The notes beneath the pieces are model-generated. The model saw only the letters and a program-made list of their open reading frames with translations. It had not been told where the DNA came from and did not search any database. A stretch of DNA of 64,000 nucleotides, from the NCBI GenBank assembly GCA_039588295.1, contig JBDHAB010000007.1, positions 1 to 64,000 on the forward strand, written 5' to 3'. The DNA is from Gemmatimonadota bacterium. GTDB taxonomy: Bacteria; Gemmatimonadota; Gemmatimonadetes; Gemmatimonadales; GWC2-71-9. The position numbers and the translations under genes were made by a program. This document shows, one piece after another, positions 16,615-26,807 of the stretch. Each line of letters begins with the position of its first letter. The first letter of the stretch is position 1.

Positions 16615-17718
16615 CTAGAATCCAAACGCGATGTGGATCACAGCGCGATCGTTGTCAATTTCGGTTCCCTGCTCGCGGTTGAGCTCGTAAGCGCCCATTA
16701 CTGCGATCGAAGGACTGAACCAATAGTCGAGGGCAACGGCGGCCTGCCACGCGCCCTCATCCTGGACCACGCCATCGAGCTCCGTGTCGAAGACCTGCGT
16801 CCACCGCACAATGGGCTCCCAGGCTCTCCACCGATACGCGAGCTGGGCGTAGTAGCCATGACGCTTCAGTACCTCGAATCCCGTGAGCGTTTCGACTTCC
16901 TGCCGAGTCTGGATGTACTCGCCGCGCAACTCGACGCTGGCGCGGCGCAACTCCGCCGCCACGTTCCAGCCAGTGAAGTCGAGCACGTTTTGCTCGTCAT
17001 AATCCCCGTTGAGGTATGAGATGTTCACTTCCGCCCAGGGGGGAAGTGCTATGTCGATCCGTCCCCCGAACAGCTTGTCCGTGTTGTTGTCACTCGACGA
17101 TGCCGGAATCTCCAATTCGGCAACGTCTCCCGGAGCACTGACCTCGCCAGCCGGTCCGTTGGTGGCGTAGCCTGTCACGCCGAGGTGCCACGGACCTGGC
17201 GTCACGGCACCACGCAGCATCACACCAACGTCCGACAGCACGGGAATGATCGGCTCCGCTCCGAATTCGGAGACGTGGTGGCCGTAGAGGGGTGGTGCCG
17301 TTGGGAACTTGTTGATCCAGGTGGGATGCAGGCGCTCCCCGAAGACCCCAAAAGGAAGCAGGAACTTCCCCCCCACAAGTGTCACGTTGTCGCTGAGCAG
17401 TACGTCGATCTGCGCATACTCAAGCCCTGTTTCGGTCACGCCTCCAGTCAACTCGAACTCGAATTCCGCCTCGAAGAGCACCTTGTCCTGGAACTGATAG
17501 AGGAATACGGGACTCACGCTGGCGGTGAACTCGTTTTGGTTCTCACCTTCCGGGCGAAACGCGTATCCCACCGTCCCGTAGCCAGAAAGCACGACGTTGT
17601 GCGTGGGAACGACGCGAGCGCCGAGAGCCTGTTGGGCGTGGGCGGATCGAGCGGTGAACAGCAGTGCCACCGCAGTCGCCCCCAGCAGCAGCCTTCCCTT
17701 AGATGAACTAGTGACCAT
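16615..17718 (-). CDS. Outer-membrane beta-barrel (porin-like) protein
   Basis: Signal peptide AHA-Q, alternating amphipathic strands, GKFLLPFG, C-terminal Phe. Confidence 0.8.
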   Translation of the reverse strand: MVTSSSKGRLLLGATAVALLFTARSAHAQQALGARVVPTHNVVLSGYGTVGYAFRPEGENQNEFTASVSPVFLYQFQDKVLFEAEFEFELTGGVTETGLEYAQIDVLLSDNVTLVGGKFLLPFGVFGERLHPTWINKFPTAPPLYGHHVSEFGAEPIIPVLSDVGVMLRGAVTPGPWHLGVTGYATNGPAGEVSAPGDVAELEIPASSSDNNTDKLFGGRIDIALPPWAEVNISYLNGDYDEQNVLDFTGWNVAAELRRASVELRGEYIQTRQEVETLTGFEVLKRHGYYAQLAYRWRAWEPIVRWTQVFDTELDGVVQDEGAWQAAVALDYWFSPSIAVMGAYELNREQGTEIDNDRAVIHIAFGF

Positions 17719-18481
17719 GTCCCGGTCCTCCGTGGTCGTCGCCGGTGTCGCCGGACTCCGTCATCACCGGGATATGGAATTCGCCTTCCTCGTGGTCGGC
17801 GCCAACCAGGATCTCGACGTGCAGCTCATAGACGCCGGCTGCGCCGAAGGCAAACTCGCCATCGTACTCTCCGATGTTCTCTTCCTGAACCGATAGCGCC
17901 GTTTCGCTGTCGTCAGGTGCATGGATGGCCATCTCGACGTCCAACCCGGTGACCAGATCCGCAGGCAGGCCGTCGGTCCCGACGTCGTACACGAGCACGC
18001 TCACATGGGCGGTTGTGTTCTCCAGGATGGGGGCAGACGCAATCTCGAGCTCGACCCAGTACGGCCCGACCAGGCGGTGCTGGTTATGAACCTCGATGTC
18101 GTGTTGACCGATTTCCGCCATGATGGCGTGTCCTTTGGGTATGCCGAGGAAGTGAAGGTGGTACTCGCCTTCTTCAAAGAACCGCACGTGGGCGGCGTAG
18201 CCGTGCTCGTCGGGCTCCATGTCGACGACCTCGGGATCACTGCCGCTTGCATGCTGGATCTGGAGTTGGCTGCGGTGCATCTCTATGGGGGCGCCGTTAT
18301 CCGAGATGTGAACGGCGATCTCCACGTCTTCGAAGGTCTCGACTCGCGCCACCGAGATCTCAAACTCCACGTCCGGATTGAGGTCGGACAGCGCCGTTGG
18401 ATTATCCCAGGTGGCGCACGCCCCTAGCCCGGCGGCCAAAACCAGGACCGCTACGCTCGATCCTCGTGGGCTCATGGTCAC
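17708..18481 (-). CDS. His/acidic-rich lipoprotein with two YtkA/FixH-like Ig repeats
   Basis: Lipobox LGAC. Repeated GxY...F...GxYxLH (GYAAHVRFFEEGEYHLH; GEYDGEFAFGAAGVYELH). C-terminal DDHGGPGHGH. Confidence 0.7.
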   Translation of the reverse strand: MTMSPRGSSVAVLVLAAGLGACATWDNPTALSDLNPDVEFEISVARVETFEDVEIAVHISDNGAPIEMHRSQLQIQHASGSDPEVVDMEPDEHGYAAHVRFFEEGEYHLHFLGIPKGHAIMAEIGQHDIEVHNQHRLVGPYWVELEIASAPILENTTAHVSVLVYDVGTDGLPADLVTGLDVEMAIHAPDDSETALSVQEENIGEYDGEFAFGAAGVYELHVEILVGADHEEGEFHIPVMTESGDTGDDHGGPGHGH

Positions 18482-18784
18482 GCTCTCCTTCCAATCGGGT
18501 TGGATACCAGGGTGGCCACTGCGCGACGATGGGTCGCTGGGCCATCTGCACCACAGGCTGCAACTTCGTGACCCGGTGCCATCATCACGTATCTCGAAGA
18601 AAGCGTGTCAGTTAGGGCAGCAGAGACAGCTTGGCGGCATCACGAGCGCGTGGTGGGTCACCCGGCGATAGGGCCAAATGCCCCAATCTGGGCCTACGGG
18701 GGGCGGTGCGAAACCGCCCCTGGCGCGTTTGCCGCCCACTGTCTTACAATCGAGATAGCTACCCACCTCCCGGAGGTCCTCCTG

Positions 18785-19222
18785 ATGGCTACGATCATGG
18801 ATATCCTCGGCCGAAAGGGGCCCGACGTCGTGACGATCGCGGCGGACGATGCCGTGCTGACGGCCGCGCGGCTGATGAACCAAAGCGGCATCGGCGGAGT
18901 CGTCGTCGTCGAAGACGAGGACGTTGTCGGCATCTTCACCGAACGTGACATCCTGCGACGAGTCGTGGCCGAGCGCCGCGATCCGGGTACCACGCTCATC
19001 CGCGATGTCATGACGTCGCCGGTCATCACATGTCGGCCCGAGGCCAAAGTCGAGGAGTGCACAGCGATCATCACGGAGAAACGTGTGCGACACATTCCCG
19101 TGGTGGACGACGGGGGACTCTGCGGCATCGTCACGAGTGGGGACATCCTCGCGCTTCAGGTCAAGGAGCAAGCGGACACGATCGAGTACCTGAACAGCTA
19201 CGTCTTCGATATTCGGGGCTGA
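18785..19222 (+). CDS. CBS-domain protein
   Basis: VGIFTERDIL, VMT, RHIPVV, GIVTSGD. Confidence 0.92.
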   Translation: MATIMDILGRKGPDVVTIAADDAVLTAARLMNQSGIGGVVVVEDEDVVGIFTERDILRRVVAERRDPGTTLIRDVMTSPVITCRPEAKVEECTAIITEKRVRHIPVVDDGGLCGIVTSGDILALQVKEQADTIEYLNSYVFDIRG

Positions 19223-19324
19223 CGCACATCCGGCCGCCGAGCCACACGGCGGCTGGCCCGATTCGAGTCGAGAGCCCGCAACGAGCGGGAATCCGTAACC
19301 GACCGCTGAGGACGAGGGAGCCAC

Positions 19325-20146
19325 ATGTCGAACATTCGCCGTGCTGCGGTCGCCGGCATGTTCTATCCGGGCCAGGCCGCCGAGCTCCACACCATGGTTC
19401 GGTCCATGCTGGACCAGGTGCCCAATCGGTCTGAGGCCCATGTCGCAGCGATCGTACCGCACGCTGGGCTGGTCTATTCGGGGCAATGCGCGGCGCACGT
19501 GTGGAAGCGGCTCCGCATTCCGGAGATTGTTGTCATTCTCGCTCCGAACCACACTGGCTTGCTCGACAACCCCGGCGGAGCGAGTGCGTGGGACGCCGGA
19601 GCCTTCGAGACACCCCTGGGCCGGGTCGCGATCGCCGAGGAGTTTCTTGAGGCGGTCGAGCAATCGTGCCCGCTCGTGCGTCACGATCCAGCCGCGCACC
19701 GCAGAGAACACGCGATCGAGGTAGAGCTTCCGTTTCTGCAGCTCCTCGCTCCCGGGGCAGCGATCGCTCCCGTCGTGCTCGCGTGGGATCGCTGGGAGCC
19801 AGCCAAGGAGTTGGCGACAGCGCTTGCGCAGGTCGTGGCGCAGTGGAGACAGGGCGTCCTGCTTGTCGCCTCGTCCGATATGACCCACTACGAGTCGGCG
19901 GATCGAGCCGCGCGGAAGGATCGACTCGCGCTTGCCGAAGTAGAACGAGTGGACGGACATGAGCTCCTCGATGTGTGCCACCGCGAGGACGTGACTATGT
20001 GCGGCCGCGGACCAGCAGCGGTCGTGCTAGAAGCCGCCCGCCAACTCGGTGCTGCGCGTGCAGAGGTCGTGGACTACCGGCACAGCGGAATGGTGACGGG
20101 CGACGACTCGGGCGTGGTGGCCTACGCTGGCGTCGTCATCGGGTAG
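19325..20146 (+). CDS. amrB: AmmeMemoRadiSam system protein B (MEMO1 family)
   Basis: RAAVAGMFYP, PHAGLVYSG, PNH, EHAIEVELPFLQ, ASSDMTHY, TMCG. Confidence 0.92.
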   Translation: MSNIRRAAVAGMFYPGQAAELHTMVRSMLDQVPNRSEAHVAAIVPHAGLVYSGQCAAHVWKRLRIPEIVVILAPNHTGLLDNPGGASAWDAGAFETPLGRVAIAEEFLEAVEQSCPLVRHDPAAHRREHAIEVELPFLQLLAPGAAIAPVVLAWDRWEPAKELATALAQVVAQWRQGVLLVASSDMTHYESADRAARKDRLALAEVERVDGHELLDVCHREDVTMCGRGPAAVVLEAARQLGAARAEVVDYRHSGMVTGDDSGVVAYAGVVIG

Positions 20147-20242
20147 CCGGCACCGCCAGGGCAGCGCGGTCCTACGTTAGGTTTCTGCCGTTCATTGCTG
20201 GATCATGCTCCGCGATCGCACCCCTAACCGCCTGAGAATCAC

Positions 20243-20611
20243 ATGAAAGATCCGACCCGACCCGGACTCGTGCTCCGACTAGAGGCCCTCGCTGTTCTTG
20301 CCCTGGCGCTGTTTCTGTATCGCGAGCTGGGAGTCAGCTGGTGGCTCTTCGCAGGGTTGTTCCTAGTCCCGGATCTCGCACTGCTGGTGTACCTGGTCGA
20401 CCGGCGAGTCGCCACAGTCGTCTACAACCTCGCGCATGCCTATGTTTGGCCTGCCGGTTTGTTTGCCGCCGGATTCGTCGCGGGGCGTGCGCCCCTGATG
20501 GGGATCGCACTCATCTGGGCGGCCCACATCGGGTTCGATCGCCTGCTGGGGTTCGGGCTCAAGTACCCGGACGGCTTTCGTGAGACGCACCTGCAGAGGG
20601 TGTTCGACTGA
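20243..20611 (+). CDS. DUF4260 membrane protein
   Basis: LRLE, PDL, YNLAH, AHIGFDRLLGFGLKY, THL. Confidence 0.88.
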   Translation: MKDPTRPGLVLRLEALAVLALALFLYRELGVSWWLFAGLFLVPDLALLVYLVDRRVATVVYNLAHAYVWPAGLFAAGFVAGRAPLMGIALIWAAHIGFDRLLGFGLKYPDGFRETHLQRVFD

Positions 20612-20692
20612 CCCCTCGTTCGAAACCGTCGTCCGCCTCCCGTTTGACGGTTGCGGGAGGCGGATCATGGATGCCACAGCACCGCTCTTACG

Positions 20693-22693
20693 CTACCGGC
20701 GCTCCCACACGTTGTTGGCGGGATCGACGTCTGGGAACACTTGCTCCGCATCGATCTCGACCTTCGTGACCGGTGACGCGGTGCTGACTACGACCTCCGC
20801 TGTGCGTACGCCTTCCAGCCAGGTGGTCACCGGGATCTCTACGCTCGTGCTACTGCCATCCGCGAGCGTCAGCGTGAGCCGGACCGGCATCGGAGCGAGC
20901 CCACGATCCTCGACGACGATCTTGGTGCCTCGCGCATCGAGTGTGACGTCCTTGACGGCCTGGTCGAGCGTCCACGTCTCGTAGTACCAGGACCGCCAGA
21001 ACCAGTCGAGGTTCTGACCGCTCACGCTGTTAAACGTGTTGAAGAAATCCCAGGGCTTGGGATGCTTGTAGGCCCAGTTGCGGATGTACGTCTGATACGC
21101 CTCCTGGAACGTCTCTTCGCCAAGGAGACCGTGGAGCGTCCAGAGCAACGTTGCCGGCTTGGTGTACGAGGCGGTTCCGTACGCCGCGCCGTTCGTATGG
21201 AAGTCGGACCACCGCATCATCTCGCCCTCGAGGTCCGTGCGAGAGATCTGCAGGTATCCTCGGTAATTGTCCAATTCCCAGCGGCGGCCCGGGAAGAACT
21301 CGTTCTCTGCCGCACTGGTATTGAACGACGTCGTGCCCTCGTCCATCCACGCACGGCGTCGCTCGTCGTTCCCCACGATCATCGGAACCCACATGTGCGC
21401 CAGCTCGTGCGCCGTCACGCCGTAGAGCGCCGTGTCGCCGGCCTGTGTGAACGACCCGATGAGGGTCATCATGGGGTACTCCATCCCGCCGCCCATGACG
21501 TCCTCACCCTCCACGGCGGTCATGTGAGGCCACGGGTACGGAAACCCGGTCCAGCGAGAGAGAAAGTCGATAGCGTGCTGCGCGTACCGCCATGCCTGTG
21601 TCCACCGTGGCGCCGTCTCGCGGTAGATCGCGTCGACTCGAGCGTACTCGGTTTGGCCGTCGCCGTTGCGATCACCGACCGGTGTACGAGCCGCGTCCCA
21701 CATCGACTCGCGGGAGATGCTGTACGCGACATCCCGCACGGAATCCGCAACGAAATGCCACGACAGGTATCCGTTGTCAGTGCGACGGGTAGCGGTTCCG
21801 GGTCCGAAGTCCGCGGTGGTCAGGATGTGGACGACGGTGTCGCTCGATTCGGCGCGACGCAGCCGGGCTGCGATCTCATCAGGTAACACTTGGTCGGTGT
21901 TTGCCAGACGGCCGGTCCCCATGGCGACCCAACCTTCGGGCACCTCGAGCGTCACATCGTACGAGCCGTAGCCCATGTAGAACTCGGCGCCACCGAGAAA
22001 CGGGTCACTCTGCCACCCGACCACGTCGTCCAGCACCGCCATCTGGGGATACCAGTACGCCAGGTAGAAGAAATTGTCGCGGCTCCAGCCCATGCGGCTC
22101 CCACCGCCGCGTTGCGGGATATCGAAGCCGAAGTCGACCTCCAGCACCGCCGAATCTCCCGACTGAAGGGCACGTGGTAGCCTGAGCTGTAAGGACGTGC
22201 CGAACACACGATACCCCCCACCGGTCATCCTCCCGCTGCCAAGCTCTTCGAGTTCCTCACCCTGAGCGACCAACCGTTTGACCTCCATCCCGCCTGTCAC
22301 TTCGGCAGGCCGATTTCGCACCGCGCCTTCAGCATGCACGTTCTGGAGGAGTTGGAGTACCACAAACGGCAACGGGCGTGGCGATCGGTTGTGGTAGACG
22401 AGCTGCACGGTGCCGTCGATCCGCTTGGCCGCCGCATCGAGGCGCGCGGAGATCCTATAGTCCGTCCATTGCTGCCAGTAGTTGGGGCCGGGCTCGCCCG
22501 TGCGCGTCCGAGTGCCGCGCTCGAGCGCGCGCTCAAAGCCGGCCGACACCTCGACGGGGTACGGAATCGGGCGTTGGTCCGAATGTACGGCGCTTCCTCG
22601 CTCCGCCGCAGCCAATTGTGCTACCGCGGCGTTCGGAACGAACAGCGCGGCGAGCACGACTACTAGTGCTGAGGCCGTGGTGGTTCGGTGCAT
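20693..22693 (-). CDS. M1 family zinc aminopeptidase, exported
   Basis: GGMEYP, HELAH...WMDEG, signal peptide. Confidence 0.92.
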   Translation of the reverse strand: MHRTTTASALVVVLAALFVPNAAVAQLAAAERGSAVHSDQRPIPYPVEVSAGFERALERGTRTRTGEPGPNYWQQWTDYRISARLDAAAKRIDGTVQLVYHNRSPRPLPFVVLQLLQNVHAEGAVRNRPAEVTGGMEVKRLVAQGEELEELGSGRMTGGGYRVFGTSLQLRLPRALQSGDSAVLEVDFGFDIPQRGGGSRMGWSRDNFFYLAYWYPQMAVLDDVVGWQSDPFLGGAEFYMGYGSYDVTLEVPEGWVAMGTGRLANTDQVLPDEIAARLRRAESSDTVVHILTTADFGPGTATRRTDNGYLSWHFVADSVRDVAYSISRESMWDAARTPVGDRNGDGQTEYARVDAIYRETAPRWTQAWRYAQHAIDFLSRWTGFPYPWPHMTAVEGEDVMGGGMEYPMMTLIGSFTQAGDTALYGVTAHELAHMWVPMIVGNDERRRAWMDEGTTSFNTSAAENEFFPGRRWELDNYRGYLQISRTDLEGEMMRWSDFHTNGAAYGTASYTKPATLLWTLHGLLGEETFQEAYQTYIRNWAYKHPKPWDFFNTFNSVSGQNLDWFWRSWYYETWTLDQAVKDVTLDARGTKIVVEDRGLAPMPVRLTLTLADGSSTSVEIPVTTWLEGVRTAEVVVSTASPVTKVEIDAEQVFPDVDPANNVWERR

Positions 22694-22797
22694 AGACGGT
22701 TGCCTCGATCAGTGGGTTCGGTTCGATGTGACTCCGCGTGGCACTCATGTACACTTGATGAGGGCCCAGGGTGCCTCACAGGCAGCGAGAAAGATAC

Positions 22798-24003
22798 ATG
22801 GGCACAGTGGAGCACGTTTCTGAGTGTGACGCCGACCTGAGAGCCGGGGGTGGCCGTCTAAAGGTAGCGGTGCTGGGTGTCGGTCGGGTCGGGTCGGCCA
22901 TCGTCGCCGATCTGATGAGCGACGGCACGTTTGAGGTGACTGCGGCGGATCAATCGGTCGCGGCGCTGCAGCATGTCTCGGGGCTCGGCGCGGTCCTTGC
23001 TAAGCGCGTCGATCTCCGCGAGCCCGATGCGGTGGCGGCAGTGGCCCGCGACTCCGATCTCGTGATCGGAGCGCTGCCGGCTCACCTGGGGTATCGCGCG
23101 CTCGAGACTGTCATTGATGCCGGTACGAACATCGTGGATATCTCGTTCTTCGAAGAGGATCCCATCCAGCTGGACGCGCTGGCCCGTCGCCGCGGCGTGG
23201 TTGCCGTGGTTGATGCCGGGGTCTCACCCGGTCTCAGTAATCTCATTCTGGGCCACATGCTGGCGGCCGCCGGTCACGTCGAGCGCTTCGTGTGCTACGT
23301 GGGTGGGCTTCCCGCGGATCGGAGCGGCTTGTTTCAGTACAAGGCCCCGTTCTCACCGATGGACGTCCTCGAGCTGTACACCCGTCCGGCTCGGCACCGC
23401 GCAGGTGGGGTGCTGCAAACCGCGCCTGCGTTGTCCGATCTCCAGGAGATCACGGTGCCTGAGGTAGGCACGCTCGAGGCGTTCCTCACGGATGGACTTC
23501 GCACGGCACTGCGGCTCGATGGCGTCACGGAGATGCGGGAAATGACCCTGCGGTACCCGGGGCATGCCGCGCAGATGCGACTCCTGCGAGAGACGGGACT
23601 GCTCGACGCGACGCCGGTCGAGGTGAATGGTGTGATGGTCTCGCCGCGCGCGCTCACGGCGCGGCTCCTGTTGCCTCTGTGGGAGTTTGCTCCTGAAGAG
23701 CCAGATCTGACCGTCCTGCGTGTGGACGTAGATGTGGAAGCCGGTGGCGTCCGCACCCGTCACCGTTTCGATCTCCTGGACCGCTACGACGCCCGCACCC
23801 AGACCAGCTCGATGGCGCGCACGACGGGCTACACCTGCACGGCCATCGCGCGCCTCATCGCGACCGGCCGGTACGACCAGCCCGGCATGTCGCCGCCCGA
23901 GGAGATCGGGCGGCGAGCCGATTGTTATGAGCGTACGATTGAGGACCTCGCGTCCCGCGGTGTGGTGCTGCGACGCTCCGCTGGTCCGGTCTCGATGGCC
24001 TAG
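22798..24003 (+). CDS. Saccharopine dehydrogenase / lysine 6-dehydrogenase family
   Basis: GVGRVG Rossmann motif, DAGVSPGLSN, VGGLP, TLRYPGH, SMARTTGY. Confidence 0.88.
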   Translation: MGTVEHVSECDADLRAGGGRLKVAVLGVGRVGSAIVADLMSDGTFEVTAADQSVAALQHVSGLGAVLAKRVDLREPDAVAAVARDSDLVIGALPAHLGYRALETVIDAGTNIVDISFFEEDPIQLDALARRRGVVAVVDAGVSPGLSNLILGHMLAAAGHVERFVCYVGGLPADRSGLFQYKAPFSPMDVLELYTRPARHRAGGVLQTAPALSDLQEITVPEVGTLEAFLTDGLRTALRLDGVTEMREMTLRYPGHAAQMRLLRETGLLDATPVEVNGVMVSPRALTARLLLPLWEFAPEEPDLTVLRVDVDVEAGGVRTRHRFDLLDRYDARTQTSSMARTTGYTCTAIARLIATGRYDQPGMSPPEEIGRRADCYERTIEDLASRGVVLRRSAGPVSMA

Positions 24004-24010
24004 CGCGTCG

Positions 24011-24442
24011 TTACATTCCCGGGCGTCGTCTTCGTCCCGTCATCAACTGCGGTTTGGGCAGACCGTCGAAGCGCCCGCGCTGCTCTTCGCTGAGGAGGGC
24101 GCGAATAGCCTGGTGATGCTCGTCGATCTGGGTCTGCATAGCCTGGAACTTCTCCCGCATCGCCATGAACTCCTCGCGCGCTTCTGGGCTCGGCGGGCCA
24201 GCTCCCATTTGCTCGCGCATCTTGGCGCGCTGCTCCGCAGCCTGCTTCATCAAGCCGTTCAGTTTCTCATAGTGCTCCATCACGGCGGGACCCTGGTCCG
24301 CCGTGAGACCCACGGCCTCGCTGAGCGAGTCTGCGGTGAGCCAGTGATCGGGAGGTGCCTGGCCGCGCGGACCCTGGGCCAGGACGGGGCTCGCCAGGAA
24401 CACTCCGAGGGCGAGGGCAGCGATCGTGATACGCATGGTCAA
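24011..24442 (-). CDS. Exported helical protein, Spy/CpxP-like
   Basis: Signal peptide, LTADQ and LSEEQ (LTxxQ) motifs, Met/Arg-rich helices. Confidence 0.65.
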   Translation of the reverse strand: MTMRITIAALALGVFLASPVLAQGPRGQAPPDHWLTADSLSEAVGLTADQGPAVMEHYEKLNGLMKQAAEQRAKMREQMGAGPPSPEAREEFMAMREKFQAMQTQIDEHHQAIRALLSEEQRGRFDGLPKPQLMTGRRRRPGM

Positions 24443-24575
24443 TCTCCGTTGGGTGCGATTCCGATTATCTTCTTCACCGGTCTATACGCCCGAACCCCAC
24501 AGAATGTTGGGCGTGGAGCCCCGGCGAGTGTCGGCGGTGGCCGTTTCGGGTCGGGCAACGACGTGTGAGGAGTGG

Positions 24576-25832
24576 ATGATACGGATCTGGCGTCGTATCA
24601 GGAACTTGGGCGGCGTGTTCGGTGTGGCTGTCATTGCCGCAGTGGTCGTGGCAGCGGCTGGGGAATGCGGCGTACGGCGGTCCGCACCGGCCCCGATGAT
24701 CCTTGTCAGTCTGGACGGATTTGGCTGGGACCTTCTCGACAAGGCACCAACGCCGGCGTTGGACCGGCTCGCCGCGCGTGGCGTTCGAGCCGAGAAACTC
24801 GTACCGATCTTTCCGACGAAGACGTTCCCCAACCACTACACGATCGTTACCGGGCTGTACGCGGAGCATCACGGCATCGTGGCGAACAACATGTACGATC
24901 CGGTGATGAATGCCCGGTTCAGCCTGGGGAACCGGGAAGCTGTTGCCGATGGGCGTTGGTGGGGTGGGGAGCCGATCTGGGTCACGGCCGAGCAGCAGGG
25001 GCTGCGTGCCGCTCCGCTGTTCTGGCCCGGCTCGGAGGCAGAAATCGAGGGTGTGCGGCCCAGCTTCTGGCAGGCCTACGACGGCTCCATCCCGAATGCG
25101 GAGCTTGTGAAGCAGGTTCTGGGCTGGCTCGATCTCCCGGCCGGGGAGCGTCCGTCGTTCATCACGCTCTACTTCAGCGATGTGGACGGGGCTGCGCACC
25201 GGTCCGGACCGGAGTCTGAGGCAACGAAACGGGCGATTCAGGCGGTGGACAATGCCGTGGCCCTGCTTATCGCGGGGCTACGGGATCGGGGAATGGTAGA
25301 CGACGTCAATGTCGTGGTGCTGTCCGATCACGGCATGGCGGCGACGTCGAGTGACCGTGTGATCTTCATCGATGACTACATCGACCTCTCGACGGTCGAC
25401 GTTATCGATTGGAATCCGGTGCTGGCCCTCAGGCCGGAGGCCGGTGAGGAGCAGACGGTGTATGCGGCGCTCGCCGATGCGCATCCGCATCTCAACGTCT
25501 ATCGCAAGCAAGACATTCCCGAACGCTTCCACTTCCGCGATCATGTCCGGATCCAACCGATCGTGGGGGTGGCGGATGAGGGCTGGTCCGTCTCGAGCCG
25601 CCCATTCGTCCGGGCGCGTCCAGATCGGCATCAGGGTGGCAATCACGGGTACGACAACCTCGCTCCGTCCATGGGCGCGTTGTTCATCGCGGCTGGCCCC
25701 GCGTTCCGAGACGGGGAGGTCGTGCCACCGCTTCAGAACATCCATCTCTATGAGATGTTTTGTGCGATCTTGGATCTTGACCCGGCGCCGAACGACGGCA
25801 GCCTGGATTCGGTCCGCGTGCTGCTGCGGTAG
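24576..25832 (+). CDS. Nucleotide pyrophosphatase/phosphodiesterase (alkaline phosphatase superfamily)
   Basis: SLDGF, PTKTFPNHYTIVTGLY, SDHGM, GNHGYDN. Confidence 0.92.
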   Translation: MIRIWRRIRNLGGVFGVAVIAAVVVAAAGECGVRRSAPAPMILVSLDGFGWDLLDKAPTPALDRLAARGVRAEKLVPIFPTKTFPNHYTIVTGLYAEHHGIVANNMYDPVMNARFSLGNREAVADGRWWGGEPIWVTAEQQGLRAAPLFWPGSEAEIEGVRPSFWQAYDGSIPNAELVKQVLGWLDLPAGERPSFITLYFSDVDGAAHRSGPESEATKRAIQAVDNAVALLIAGLRDRGMVDDVNVVVLSDHGMAATSSDRVIFIDDYIDLSTVDVIDWNPVLALRPEAGEEQTVYAALADAHPHLNVYRKQDIPERFHFRDHVRIQPIVGVADEGWSVSSRPFVRARPDRHQGGNHGYDNLAPSMGALFIAAGPAFRDGEVVPPLQNIHLYEMFCAILDLDPAPNDGSLDSVRVLLR

Positions 25833-25862
25833 ACGGTTGGGCGGGCAGAAACGGGTAGCGTA

Positions 25863-25883
25863 GGACAGAACGCTGTCCCTTTT
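25863..25883 (+). terminator. Probable intrinsic terminator
   Basis: ggacag-aacg-ctgtcc hairpin followed by ctttt, 30 nt after the stop. Confidence 0.5.
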
Positions 25884-25913
25884 CCCTTGCCCCTCATCCC
25901 TTATCTCTCCTTG

Positions 25914-26549
25914 CTACTTCTCCCTCACAATCGCCTGGATCTTCGTCAATAGCATGTCCACGGCAACCCGGTTGTGCCCACCTTCCGGAATGATCACGTG
26001 CGCATAGCGCTTGCTGGGCTCCACGAACTCGAGATGCATGGGCCGCACGGTCTCGAGATACTGCTGCACCACCGAGTTCAAACTCCGCCCCCGCTCATTG
26101 AGGTCGCGGTCGATGCGGCGGAGGATGCGAAGGTCGGCGTCCGTGTCGACAAACACGCGAATGTCCATCAAGTCACGCAGGTCCGGGTCTGCGAGGATGA
26201 GGATCCCCTCGACGATCACGGCGCTTCGCGGCAATGCAGTCGTCGTTTCCGCGGTCCGCGTGTGGAGTGTGAAGTCGTAGACCGGGACCTCGGCTGAGCG
26301 ACCTGACTTGAGCGCGACCAGGTGCTGAATGAGGAGTGGGGTCTCCAGGGCGTCTGGGTGGTCATAGTTGATGTGCACGCGCTGTTCAGGCGGCACCTGA
26401 CTCCGGTCGTAGTAGTAGGAATCGTGTTGAATGAAGCTCACGTCCTCGGGCCCGAGACTGTGGATGATCGCCTCGACAACGGTCGTCTTCCCGGAGCCGG
26501 ATCCGCCGGCCACACCGATGATGACGGGTGTCACGTGAGCATCTCCCAT
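25914..26549 (-). CDS. udk: Uridine kinase
   Basis: GVAGGSGSGKTT, DSYY, NYDHPDA, VEGIL, RRIDRD..ERGR, EPSKRYA. Confidence 0.95.
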   Translation of the reverse strand: MGDAHVTPVIIGVAGGSGSGKTTVVEAIIHSLGPEDVSFIQHDSYYYDRSQVPPEQRVHINYDHPDALETPLLIQHLVALKSGRSAEVPVYDFTLHTRTAETTTALPRSAVIVEGILILADPDLRDLMDIRVFVDTDADLRILRRIDRDLNERGRSLNSVVQQYLETVRPMHLEFVEPSKRYAHVIIPEGGHNRVAVDMLLTKIQAIVREK

Positions 26550-26807
26550 CGTGTGGAGTCGCGCCCGCTCAATGCTGCGTGCCGCGGCCTGCAACGTCAA
26601 GCGCGGAACGCGCCGCGGGCGGCGTATCGTCAGCGCCACGTCCCATAGCACCAAGAAGAGCGCTGCCGCGATGCTTTGCTGGGGGCCGCGGCAGGCCAAC
26701 TGTCCGTGCCCGGAGGTAGATCCGCGTGGGGACCTTCGCCACGGCGGTAGGCCCGTCCCACTGACGTATCTCGTTTTGTGATAATAGGTTATGGTCTTGA
26801 AGGGCTG

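Noticed and set aside
18555..18590. Possible sigma54 promoter (TGGCAC) for the lipoprotein-porin operon
   Set aside because: The TTGC element is not at the required -12 spacing.
19325..20146. amrB without amrA/amrS as a novel arrangement
   Set aside because: The AmmeMemoRadiSam genes are often dispersed, so absence from this window is uninformative.
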